This document shows, piece by piece, positions 30,854-38,906 of a stretch of 42,060 nt of DNA. The notes beneath the pieces were generated by a model that did no database searches, was not told the DNA's origin, and saw only the letters and a program-made list of their open reading frames with translations. The position numbers were made by a program, and so were the translations under genes. Numbering within the stretch: the first letter of the stretch is position 1; each line of letters opens with the position of its first letter. The stretch is from a virus: IMG/VR virus record IMGVR_UViG_3300009537_000052; one strand, 5' to 3'.

Positions 30854-31954
30854 GTGACGAAGGACCGGCGACGCTCCATCCGCGAGCTCCCCTCGGGGCG
30901 CTACCAGGTGCGGATGCGCCGAGCCGGGCAGACTATCGCGCAGACCTTCACGACCCTCCCACAGGCCGAGCGCTTCCGCGACCTGGTCGAGGTCGACGGG
31001 GCGCTGAGGCGCCACGGCCTCCCCGGGATCACCCAGGAGCGCCGGCGGCTCGTCGACCTGGTCGAGGCCTTCCGCGAGGAGGCAGACGCGCGGGCCCTCG
31101 AGGGGAGCTTGCGCGCGTCGACGGCCGAGGCCTACCGCAAGCAGACGGCCGGCCCCCTCAAGTGGCTCCTCGAATCCGGGCGAGAAACCGTGAACGCCGC
31201 TGAGCTCGACGACCGCGCCGTCGCCGCCTACGTCGCCTGGCGCCGCGGCCGGCGGCTCAGCGACGACGCGCGGCGGCCGGCGGGCAGCGTCCAAGTGCGC
31301 AAGGATCTGGTGATGCTGCGTCGCGTCTACGGGTGGGCCGCCGTCGAGCCGGCGTGGAGAATCCCGCGCCACCTCCCCAGGAGCACCGGCGGCAAGCGCG
31401 TCGTCCCGCGGACCCAGCTGTTCGCCTGGCTCGACGCGATGCCCCGGGGCTCCCTGCAGCGCACCGTCGCCGAGCTCGCGATCGCGACCGGCATGCGCCC
31501 GGGCGACATCTACGCCCTCGAGTTCGACCAGGTCGACCTCGCCAACAAGCTGATCACCTTCGCGGCGGCGAAGACGGGGCGCGCCCAGGTCGTCCCGATC
31601 GGCGACGAGCTCCACGCCCACCTCGAGGCATGGCTCCGCGAGCGCATGCCCGCGATCACCCGCCGGCTCTTCCACCTCCGCGGCCTCCCCCTCACCGACC
31701 AGACGCTCCGCTCCCGCTTCCGCACGGCCAGCAAGGCAGCGGCGATAGAGCCACCGCTCCAGTACCTCGGCGTCGCGAGGAACGCCGTCATCGCCTGGCT
31801 CCTCGAGGCCGGGCAAGATCCCTACGCTGTGGCCCGCCTCGTGGGGCACAGCCAGCTCGCGACGACCATGGGCTACCAGAGGGCCTACCTGCCCCTCGAC
31901 GCGCTCAGGAGGGCGACAGGGGCGCTCTCGGACATGCGGAGGGGCGACACGTGA
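30854..31954 (+). CDS. int: Tyrosine recombinase / phage integrase (366 aa)
   Basis: The N-terminus has a SAM-like region. Catalytic-domain blocks: ATGMRPGDIYALEF (Arg), LVGHSQLATTMGYQ (His...Tyr). An attP-like site lies 1.2 kb downstream. Confidence 0.9.
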   Translation: MTKDRRRSIRELPSGRYQVRMRRAGQTIAQTFTTLPQAERFRDLVEVDGALRRHGLPGITQERRRLVDLVEAFREEADARALEGSLRASTAEAYRKQTAGPLKWLLESGRETVNAAELDDRAVAAYVAWRRGRRLSDDARRPAGSVQVRKDLVMLRRVYGWAAVEPAWRIPRHLPRSTGGKRVVPRTQLFAWLDAMPRGSLQRTVAELAIATGMRPGDIYALEFDQVDLANKLITFAAAKTGRAQVVPIGDELHAHLEAWLRERMPAITRRLFHLRGLPLTDQTLRSRFRTASKAAAIEPPLQYLGVARNAVIAWLLEAGQDPYAVARLVGHSQLATTMGYQRAYLPLDALRRATGALSDMRRGDT

Positions 31955-32220
31955 CGACCGACGTCAGGATCGATGATCTCCGGGAACTCGTGCGCAAGCC
32001 TCCCCGCCACGGCCTCCGACGAGTCACCTGCTGGCGGTGCGGGCGGCGCCGGATCCAGGCCAGGCCCTTCGAGAAGCTGTGCCGCGAGTGCTGGCCGGTC
32101 TTTGCCGCCGAGTGGAACGCGACGATCGATGAGATTCGGGGCAAGATGGAGGACGAGATCCGGCGCCTTGAGACCACCCTTGCGACCGAGGCATCGCGGA
32201 AGGCGTCGGATAGAGCCTGA
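31951..32220 (+). CDS. Zinc-ribbon plus coiled-coil protein (89 aa); possible directionality factor (speculative)
   Basis: The GTG at 31951 overlaps the integrase stop (GTGA). Cys motifs: CWRCG...CRECW. Confidence 0.55.
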   Translation: MTTDVRIDDLRELVRKPPRHGLRRVTCWRCGRRRIQARPFEKLCRECWPVFAAEWNATIDEIRGKMEDEIRRLETTLATEASRKASDRA

Positions 32221-32284
32221 CCGGGCCCCTAGCTCGCCTCGTCGCCACGGGGGCGCTCAGCGACATACGGAGAGGAGAGACGTG

Positions 32285-32806
32285 ATGCAGATGCACCGGG
32301 GCAAGGTCCTGGGAGCCCGGTGGAGGCGACCCCGGAAGCGCGGCGGGGTGAAGAGGTTCGCCCCTGAGCTTGTCCTATGGCGCCTGGGGATCTCGGACGC
32401 CGAGGTCGACGAAGCGCTCGCGTACGACATCGGCGACGAGCCAGGCGACCGCATCGTCCACTACACGCGCCCAAAGAGCTGGTATGGACGCGGAGAGGTT
32501 CTCGCGCTGCTCTTTTTCCTGAAGCAGCGTGACCCCGCCCTTTCTCTCGACGACCTCTTCAACGGGCCGGTCGAGCACGGGCGGGCAGCGATGAAGGCCG
32601 CCTGCCAGAGGCGTGAGGCATCGAAGGCGCTCCGGGCCATGTTTGACCGGCCCCGCACCCCGCATCACGCGAAGCAACAGCGCGCGATGAGGGCGGCCGC
32701 GGCGGGCAGCGTAGCTGCGATGCGCCTGCTCCCCCTTTTCGACTCGGCACATGCCCACGAGAAGGTCAACCCCCAGTGGCCTCCAGGCATCGACGCCTTC
32801 GCCTAG
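32285..32806 (+). CDS. Hypothetical protein (173 aa)
   Basis: GGAGAGGAGAGA lies upstream of GTG 32282 / ATG 32285. The gene is followed by a strong hairpin. Confidence 0.55.
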   Translation: MQMHRGKVLGARWRRPRKRGGVKRFAPELVLWRLGISDAEVDEALAYDIGDEPGDRIVHYTRPKSWYGRGEVLALLFFLKQRDPALSLDDLFNGPVEHGRAAMKAACQRREASKALRAMFDRPRTPHHAKQQRAMRAAAAGSVAAMRLLPLFDSAHAHEKVNPQWPPGIDAFA

Positions 32807-32847
32807 GCCGCATCGGCCAACCGCGACCAAACAGGCGGGGTGAGCAA

Positions 32848-32891
32848 GAATCGACGAAGGGCGCCTGCGTACGCCAGGCGCCCTTCGATTC
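32848..32891. terminator. Strong hairpin (11 + 6 bp stem, 3-nt bulge, 7-nt loop) ending the plus-strand array
   Basis: gaatcg-acg-aagggcgcctg cgtacgc caggcgccctt-cgattc. No U tract follows. Confidence 0.6.
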
Positions 32892-33026
32892 CCGCCCGGG
32901 TTCTACCCCCACCGTGGGTCTCTATGACCTGGGCACGGCCGAGCCCGCTTGGCCGCTCATCTCTGCGCCGACGGGCCCATCCGCCCGCGACTCGCGCGAG
33001 ATTCTACACCCCGCAGCTCCGGATTC

Positions 33027-33045
33027 CGTGCCCAATTGATCCAAC
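33027..33045 (+). repeat. 19-bp direct repeat cgtgcccaaTtgatccaac (candidate integrase arm-type site), copy 1
   Basis: It matches 33235-33253 at 18 of 19 positions. Confidence 0.8.
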
Positions 33046-33149
33046 CTCACCCCCACAATCCCCCGCTTTTCCACACCTTTCGCCCCACTTCCGCCACCGC
33101 CGGCGGGGGTTCCAGCTGGCCCTTAATTGCTGATTCTGTTGGGGTTAGG

Positions 33150-33199
33150 TGGTGCGGCTGGAAGGATTCGAACCCTCGACCTAGAGCTTAGGAAGCTCC
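33150..33199 (-). other. attP-like core: 50-nt copy of the 3' part of a tRNA-Arg(CCU), from the anticodon stem to CCA
   Basis: The minus strand reads GGAGC-TTCCTAA-GCTCT AGGTC GAGGG-TTCGAAT-CCTTC CAGCCGC A CCA. No D-arm or 5' acceptor strand lies upstream. Confidence 0.75.
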
Positions 33200-33234
33200 C
33201 CCAAACGGCTCGGGCGCAGCGGAAAAAGCTATAT

Positions 33235-33253
33235 CGTGCCCAACTGATCCAAC
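33235..33253 (+). repeat. 19-bp direct repeat cgtgcccaaCtgatccaac, copy 2
   Basis: See copy 1. The two copies flank the tRNA-like core. Confidence 0.8.
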
Positions 33254-33263
33254 AGCCAGGCAT

Positions 33264-33297
33264 GGAGCCGTGGCTCCACCCGGCGCGCCCGGGCGCG
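33264..33297 (-). terminator. Two GC-rich palindromes (ggagccgtggctcc; cgcgcccgggcgcg) just after the endolysin stop
   Basis: Read directly from the sequence. They lie at the end of the long minus-strand array. Confidence 0.45.
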
Positions 33298-33301
33298 AGA
33301 C

Positions 33302-33745
33302 TCAGGCGTCGCCGTTGACCCGGTGCCCGTCGACGAGCCCGAGGAACTCATCAAAGGGGAATGCGTCGCCCGGGCACTCCGTAGCCCGGTGCCAGCGGTG
33401 CTGGTGGACGTGGTCGGTCGGGATGTTGAAGGCGTCGCAGAGCCCGGCGACGAGCTTGGCGGCCACCTCCAGCTGCTCCCTTCGCGGCGGCTCGAGCGTG
33501 AAGTTGCCGGCCAGACAGACGCCGAGCGCTCGCTTGTTCCAGCCCGGGCAATGCGAGCCGACCATGTTCAGCGGCCGCCCGCCGATCGGCCAGAAACCCC
33601 GACCCTCAACCTGCTCGACGACGAAATGGTACCCAATGTCGCGCCACCCGAGACTCAGGTGGTGACGGCGGTACTCGTCAGCCTCGATCGAGTCGGTGTC
33701 TGAGCCGGCCGAGTGGTGCACAAAGACGTGATCCCAACGCAACAT
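33302..33745 (-). CDS. Endolysin: N-acetylmuramoyl-L-alanine amidase (Amidase_2/PGRP, T7-lysozyme-like; 147 aa)
   Basis: FVHHSAG, WRDIGYHFVV, VGSHCPGWNKRALGVCLAGNF and HRWHRATECPGDAF match the amidase_2 zinc and active-site blocks. Confidence 0.9.
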   Translation of the reverse strand: MLRWDHVFVHHSAGSDTDSIEADEYRRHHLSLGWRDIGYHFVVEQVEGRGFWPIGGRPLNMVGSHCPGWNKRALGVCLAGNFTLEPPRREQLEVAAKLVAGLCDAFNIPTDHVHQHRWHRATECPGDAFPFDEFLGLVDGHRVNGDA

Positions 33746-33747
33746 CG

Positions 33748-34071
33748 CTACTCCCGCAGCCCTTCCAGGAAGGACAGAAGCGCCAGCATGGCGCATCCAT
33801 CGACCGCCGTTGCTCCGAGCAGCATCAGGGCTGCCCGAGGCGTCACGTCCGCGCCGACGACGATCCACCACCCACACGTCTGCAGCACGTAACCAAGGCT
33901 GAAAACGAGGCTCGCAAGTAGTGTCACGGCGAAACAGCGGTTCACCGGCGCCCCGGACCGCACTCGCTCCTCGTGACGCCGTATCGCCCGCACAACCACG
34001 GCCGCAACCCAGGCTGCACCACCCACGCGCAGCAATCGGATCGCAGCCGCCGCGTAGTCCTCAATCCCCAT
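33748..34071 (-). CDS. Holin-like membrane protein (107 aa)
   Basis: At least two TM segments (GGAAWVAAVVV; FAVTLLASLVFSLGYVL...WWIVV; LMLLGATAV). It lies directly upstream of the endolysin. Confidence 0.6.
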   Translation of the reverse strand: MGIEDYAAAAIRLLRVGGAAWVAAVVVRAIRRHEERVRSGAPVNRCFAVTLLASLVFSLGYVLQTCGWWIVVGADVTPRAALMLLGATAVDGCAMLALLSFLEGLRE

Positions 34072-34525
34072 TCCGGCCCTTCCCTCCGACCAGCACGGCC
34101 CGAAGGACATCGCGCACCGACCGCAGCGACAGTAGCTGCGACGGGTCGCGACGGATCCGCTCGGACTGCGACAGTGCGGCCGCCAGGAGCCCCTCGCCCA
34201 AAAAGCAGGAGCCGCCCACAATCAGCACCCGGCGCACGAATGGCACGGTGACCGTCCCGCCCACGGCCAGCAGGCACACGAACAGGGACACCGACAGCGA
34301 GGCCATGAGCCTGCGCACGCTCAGCGCACCCTCCCCCTGCAACAGCTCGAGGGAGGTGCGCGCCAGCGAGGCCGCGAACGCGAACACCAACCAAAACGGG
34401 AGCTCCCCAAGATAGGCGACCATCTCGACGGGTAGCTGCCCCACGGCGCCCAACGATGCAGCGGCCAGCGCCGCCGCCGTCGCCACCACGAGCTTCGCCG
34501 CCGGCTCGATCATCCAGGACCGCAT
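34061..34525 (-). CDS. Multi-pass membrane protein, holin/antiholin candidate (154 aa)
   Basis: Several hydrophobic segments: AKLVVATAAALAAASLGAV, LPFWLVFAFAASLA, SLSVSLFVCLLAVGG, VLIVGGSCFLGEGLLAAAL. Confidence 0.62.
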   Translation of the reverse strand: MRSWMIEPAAKLVVATAAALAAASLGAVGQLPVEMVAYLGELPFWLVFAFAASLARTSLELLQGEGALSVRRLMASLSVSLFVCLLAVGGTVTVPFVRRVLIVGGSCFLGEGLLAAALSQSERIRRDPSQLLSLRSVRDVLRAVLVGGKGRNGD

Positions 34526-35787
34526 CAGCTGCACCCCGTGGACTCGTCCACCGTGCGCACCCACCCCGATGCGTTGCACACGCACAAGCCATTCCCGGAG
34601 TCGTACCACGTCTGCCCGTACCAGGTGCTGTCGCACGTGAACGGCGCGGAGCTCGACACCGGCGTGGCGGCGAGGAGCTCGCCGCTGTCGCGCGCCCCGT
34701 CGCTGTCGTAGTCGACGTACGGGCGGTCGCTGGTCGCGCAAATCCTGACGCCACTTGCGTCGTCATCTGCGGACGCGAGGCGGACACAGCCGTCGCTTCC
34801 GATCGTTCCGTCGTGGTCGACGGCGGCCCTGACCGCATACGAACTCGCGTCGGCGAACGACACCAGTCCCGCAGCGTCGAGACCAGTCCCGTCCGACTCC
34901 CTCGCCTGGAAACTCAAGCCGTACCCACCCGCCGCATCCTCCGCGCTCGCGATCACTCCCACGAAGGCCATTCCCAACGCGTTCCCGTTGCTGCGCCCCT
35001 GCAAAACCGGCAAGAAGTCGGTGGTGTCGCTGTCTCCGTCCTGCCAGAACACCTGCCCCAGCGGCGCCGAAGTTGAGGTGTCGAACGCGACCCATAATGC
35101 GCCCGCGGGGCCACCGGATTCGTTCCAGTCCCCTGCGCTTCTCCATTGGACGTTCGTTGTCAGCCACCACGGCAGTCCGCCGTTACCGTCGCTGTCGAAA
35201 TGCACCCGCTCGGTCCCGGCCAGATCGAAGCGGATGTCGTCCGCGTCGGTCAGGCCCTCGTCAGGCTGAATGCCCGTGTCCCCATCCTGGTCCCACACGG
35301 CCAGCGCCGACGTCGCCGGGCCGCCCTCAGATGCGCTCCCCGCGTACCCGCCCGTCGTGTCGGTTCCCAGAGCGACGGAGTTGGCGCGCACGGTACCGAT
35401 GACCGTGTCCGGCCCTCCGGCGCCGCCGTCGCCGTGGGTGAAGTTGATGTCACCTGAGTCGTCGAACCGCGCCGTCGAGTCGATCGACGTGAACGTCCCG
35501 GCGTTGTCGCCGTCCTCGACCTCGACCGCGTCGGTGGTCGCCCCAGCGCCGCACACGGTGTTCCCGCCGTGGCACATCGCGTAGTACGCGCCGGCCGTGA
35601 CGTCGTAGGCGCACCACACCGTGGCCGAGCCCCCGCCGGTCGAGCAGTCGCTCGCCGAGGCACCATCGTCCACGAGGAACACCACCGGGTAGCGCGGGAA
35701 GCGCGGGAGGTCCGCGACCTTGCGGTAGGTCTGGGCCAGCGCCGGCGCGGCACACACCAGGAAGGCGAGAGCGAGAACCCGGCGCAT
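34525..35787 (-). CDS. Signal-peptide protein with Asp-rich, Ca-binding-like repeats and a Cys-rich C-terminus, in the tail-fibre position (420 aa)
   Basis: The ATG at 35787 overlaps the upstream stop by 1 nt. Signal MRRVLALAFLVCAAPALA|Q. Asp-rich motifs: DQDGDTGIQPDEG, DSDGNGG, DYDSDGARDSG. The C-terminus reads CDSTWYGQTWYDSGNGLCVCNASGW...GCS. Confidence 0.7.
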   Translation of the reverse strand: MRRVLALAFLVCAAPALAQTYRKVADLPRFPRYPVVFLVDDGASASDCSTGGGSATVWCAYDVTAGAYYAMCHGGNTVCGAGATTDAVEVEDGDNAGTFTSIDSTARFDDSGDINFTHGDGGAGGPDTVIGTVRANSVALGTDTTGGYAGSASEGGPATSALAVWDQDGDTGIQPDEGLTDADDIRFDLAGTERVHFDSDGNGGLPWWLTTNVQWRSAGDWNESGGPAGALWVAFDTSTSAPLGQVFWQDGDSDTTDFLPVLQGRSNGNALGMAFVGVIASAEDAAGGYGLSFQARESDGTGLDAAGLVSFADASSYAVRAAVDHDGTIGSDGCVRLASADDDASGVRICATSDRPYVDYDSDGARDSGELLAATPVSSSAPFTCDSTWYGQTWYDSGNGLCVCNASGWVRTVDESTGCS

Positions 35788-36695
35788 CAGAACCGCTCCT
35801 CGATTGCGAATCCCCACTCCCACCGCCGATCCGACACCCGAGAGCGAGCCAGCCTCGGCCGCCGCCGAGGGCTCTGCAAGAAGCCGTGGGCGCTGAAGAG
35901 GTGAGCCTCGCTGTTGTCGTTGCTGTCCGGGACGATCACCGCGAGCGCCCGCGCGCTCGCCCCAATGTCCAGCCCGTGAATCGCCACGGCGACAGCGTCC
36001 GCGGTCGAGAGCTGGGAGAAGGCGGCCGACATCAGCTTGCGCTTCTTTCGGTCTTGGCGGCTCTCGCTTCCGCCCAGCGTCTCCCGCTTCACCTCCTCCT
36101 CGTCGTAACCGATCTCGAAACCGAAGTCGGGCGTGTATGACGGCGACCAGGCGCTCCCCCACCACAGGGCACCGATCTTTACCTCGAGGCTTCCGCCGGT
36201 CGCGTTGAAGTCGAACCGCGCCCACTCATCATCCGCGTCATCCCACCCCGCCGCCTTGTCCACGTGAATCAGGTGCACGTATCCCTGCTTCTCGCCCAGC
36301 TCCATCAGGTCCTGCGGCAGCGACTGCGCGCCGCTGTCGTAGTTTGGCGAGGAGGTCAGCTGCGACTGGTCGTGCGACGTGCGGAACTGCATTCGCAGGC
36401 GGGCCAAGAGTTGCGCCCAGGTGTACGAGCCTGCGGGACGCACGTACAGCGCCGCGGCAACCACGGCGTTGTCAGACTCCAGGAAGTCCGGCTCGTTGAT
36501 CGTTACAGAGCGCTGAATCTCGACGTGCTCGTACGTCGTTGGGCTCGTGGTCATCACATCCGGGTGCCAGGGATGCCGCCCATCCTGGTCGAGGACGTTC
36601 GCTGCCACCTCGTCGCCGTTCTCAGACGAGAAGTCGTAGATGCTCGCGCCGTTCATGTAGCGCTGCTGCGTCGAGTAGTAGAAGACGTCAGCCAC
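35787..36695 (-). CDS. Distal tail / baseplate protein of unknown family (302 aa)
   Basis: Assigned by position after the 735-aa tail protein. Protein-like composition. Confidence 0.65.
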   Translation of the reverse strand: MADVFYYSTQQRYMNGASIYDFSSENGDEVAANVLDQDGRHPWHPDVMTTSPTTYEHVEIQRSVTINEPDFLESDNAVVAAALYVRPAGSYTWAQLLARLRMQFRTSHDQSQLTSSPNYDSGAQSLPQDLMELGEKQGYVHLIHVDKAAGWDDADDEWARFDFNATGGSLEVKIGALWWGSAWSPSYTPDFGFEIGYDEEEVKRETLGGSESRQDRKKRKLMSAAFSQLSTADAVAVAIHGLDIGASARALAVIVPDSNDNSEAHLFSAHGFLQSPRRRPRLARSRVSDRRWEWGFAIEERF

Positions 36696-36698
36696 GGC

Positions 36699-38906
36699 CT
36701 AGCTCCCCCAGACGGTCATTTGCACGTCGCCGCGGGCCGCGTCCTCGGTCAGCCCGACGATCACGCCCCTGAGCCCCGCGAGCGTGTACCTGTCCACCGT
36801 CGAGCCCATCTCCACCTCGTCGCCCACCTCGTGCGCGAACAGCGCGTCGACGCGCCCCAATCGGTACATGCGCCGCCCCACCACACCTATGAGGCTGCGC
36901 AGCCGGGCCGCCAGCGCCCGAGCCCCAGCCTCCGTCTGCGCTCGCGACGGGAACGTCTCCGGCTCGGAGCCGATGATGTCGGCGTAGATCGAGAGGTCGG
37001 TGTCCTCCGCGAAGCGCCACTCCTTGGTCAGGCCCGCCAGGTCCTCGAGCTCCGCCGCGGCGCCGGCGAGGTCGTTGGCCGCGTAGAAGCGCTCGTGGTG
37101 GTAGTAGCCCACGGCGATCTGCCACGGCGGCGGCGGCAGGTCGATCGGGTCGAGCGGGCTCGAGAGCACGTCCCCATCGTCTAGCGCTGTGGCGCCCACG
37201 ATGCCCTCGGGCACGGGGAGGACGCGCACGGAGAGCTTGTCGGCCCGCGTGAACGTCCACCACCCATCCGGGGCGGAAAGCTCGTCGAGCGCGGCCGACG
37301 CCGCGACCGGTGACGTCCCTGCGTACCACCCGCAGTCGCCAGCGACGTCGGCCGCGGCCGCGGCGGTGAAGGCCGCCGTGTCGATGTCCCCCGGGTCCGC
37401 CAGGCCCACCTGGTGGACCGCGATGCGCCGCATGATCGTGTGCCGTGCAGCGGAGTAGCCGCCCTCGGTGTTCCCCTGGCAGGTCACCGTGAGCTCGCCC
37501 GCGGGATCGGCGTTCAGCAGGATGCAGCCGTACGCCGTGCACGGGTAGTAGTCGACCCCGGAGAACGTCAGCCCGGACACGTAGGGCTCGGCCTGGTCGG
37601 CGCCGGCGGTGAGCTCGACGCCGCGGTCCTTCACGGAGCTCACCGCGTTGATCGGCCCGTCGACGACGTAGTAGACGAGGGTCCCGGCGGCGTTGCGTGC
37701 GTCGTCGATCAGGATCCCGGGCGCCTCGCGCACGACCCCCCACCCCACGGGGCGCGGCGTGCCGGCGAGCGACTCCGGGCCCTCGAGGGAGCCCACCCAC
37801 GAGTTGCCGTTGATCGTGCCCGTGTTCCCGTTTCCGCTCGTGTCGGCGACCGAGGTGGGCGGCGAGCCCCCGACGGAGAAGTCGTCGAGCCGCCAGTACC
37901 CATCGAGGGAGGCGATCAGCTCGTCGCCCACGGCGCGGTGCTCGCGGTAGAGCTCGATGTCCGCCTGGGTGAGGGCCGCGGAGTACACCCTGGCCTCCCA
38001 GACGTCCTGCTTTCCATCCTGCGCCGAGTAGCCGATTTTGAAGGTGTCGGCGGCCGCCGCGCGGGTCCCGCTCCCCAGGGTCAGCGACTCGGTCGTGAGG
38101 CTCTGGGCGTCGTCGTCCCAGATGTAGACGACGACGGCCGTCCCGGTCACGGTCACCGCCAGGTGGTACGTCGTCCCCGCCGCGAGGGTCGCCGTGGTGC
38201 TCACCGAGTACGTCGTACCGCTGTTCTTGTGCTGAAAGACCACCTGCCCGGTGGCGCTCAGGTGCAGGTCGAACGGGTAGCTCGTCCCGCTCGAGGCAGC
38301 CCACGTCTGCAGCGCCTGGTTCCCGGTCCCGCCGAGGGTGTAGAGCCGCACCCAGGCCATCAGTGTCAGGGCGCCCGTCAAGTTGACCTCGGCCGGCGTC
38401 GAGGACCAGGAGACGTACTCGCCGGCCTCGAAGCGCAGCGCCGGCCCAAAGCCGCGGAAGGTGCGCGTCTGCACCTGGTGGTCGAAGAGCTGGCGCCGAT
38501 CGCGCGCCGGGAGGTGGAGCTCGAGCTCGGAGCCGAAGGCGTTACGCGAGGCGACGCCCTGGAACACCGTCGTCGCCGCCGAGTACGCGTTGCCCTCGTC
38601 GGCGAGGTACTCGAGCAGCAGGGCGCTCCCCGCCCACTCGTAGGCGAGCAGGTAGTCCCACTCGCCGGCCGCGTTCGCGATCGTCACGTCGCCGTAGTAG
38701 GGCGGCGAGCCGTAGGTGAGGCGGCCGCCCTGCATCACCTCGTGGCGGCGGTTGTACGGGCTCATCAGCGCCGAGCGCCAGAGCGCCGCCGATGGCGTGT
38801 CGGCGATCAGCGAGCTCCACCCGAGGGAGCCCATGCGCACCGTCACCTGGCCGTCGGTGACGGGGTCGTAGGGCGTCCCAGTCAGCAGCCAGACCGGACG
38901 GCTCAC
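36699..38906 (-). CDS. Distal tail / hub protein with an internal LamG (concanavalin-like) domain (735 aa)
   Basis: The GTG at 38906 overlaps the tape-measure stop (GTGA). LTLMAWVRLY...TYHLAVTVTGTAVVVYIWDDD...VWEARVYSAALTQADI is a LamG-like pattern. Confidence 0.78.
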   Translation of the reverse strand: MSRPVWLLTGTPYDPVTDGQVTVRMGSLGWSSLIADTPSAALWRSALMSPYNRRHEVMQGGRLTYGSPPYYGDVTIANAAGEWDYLLAYEWAGSALLLEYLADEGNAYSAATTVFQGVASRNAFGSELELHLPARDRRQLFDHQVQTRTFRGFGPALRFEAGEYVSWSSTPAEVNLTGALTLMAWVRLYTLGGTGNQALQTWAASSGTSYPFDLHLSATGQVVFQHKNSGTTYSVSTTATLAAGTTYHLAVTVTGTAVVVYIWDDDAQSLTTESLTLGSGTRAAAADTFKIGYSAQDGKQDVWEARVYSAALTQADIELYREHRAVGDELIASLDGYWRLDDFSVGGSPPTSVADTSGNGNTGTINGNSWVGSLEGPESLAGTPRPVGWGVVREAPGILIDDARNAAGTLVYYVVDGPINAVSSVKDRGVELTAGADQAEPYVSGLTFSGVDYYPCTAYGCILLNADPAGELTVTCQGNTEGGYSAARHTIMRRIAVHQVGLADPGDIDTAAFTAAAAADVAGDCGWYAGTSPVAASAALDELSAPDGWWTFTRADKLSVRVLPVPEGIVGATALDDGDVLSSPLDPIDLPPPPWQIAVGYYHHERFYAANDLAGAAAELEDLAGLTKEWRFAEDTDLSIYADIIGSEPETFPSRAQTEAGARALAARLRSLIGVVGRRMYRLGRVDALFAHEVGDEVEMGSTVDRYTLAGLRGVIVGLTEDAARGDVQMTVWGS

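Noticed and set aside
30125-31849. 574-aa minus-strand ORF, the longest unassigned ORF in the lysogeny region
   Set aside because: It lies antisense to the integrase and accessory genes. Its composition is Arg/Gly/Pro/Ala/Glu-rich noise typical of a GC-rich shadow frame, whereas the plus frame carries clear integrase motifs.
33150-33226. A complete tRNA gene on the minus strand
   Set aside because: Only positions 27-76 fold as tRNA. The upstream 25-30 nt cannot form a D arm or pair with the acceptor 3' strand CAGCCGC. I interpret it as an attP core instead.
34525-34700. A diversity-generating retroelement target in the Cys/Asn/Trp-rich C-terminus of the 420-aa protein
   Set aside because: No reverse transcriptase gene exists anywhere in the genome, and I found no second (template) copy of this segment.
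35787-36695. An outer-membrane beta-barrel protein, suggested by the C-terminal ...WEWGFAIEERF ending in Phe
   Set aside because: It has no signal peptide (the N-terminus is MADVFYYSTQQ), and it sits between tail genes with start-stop coupling. A tail or baseplate protein is more likely.
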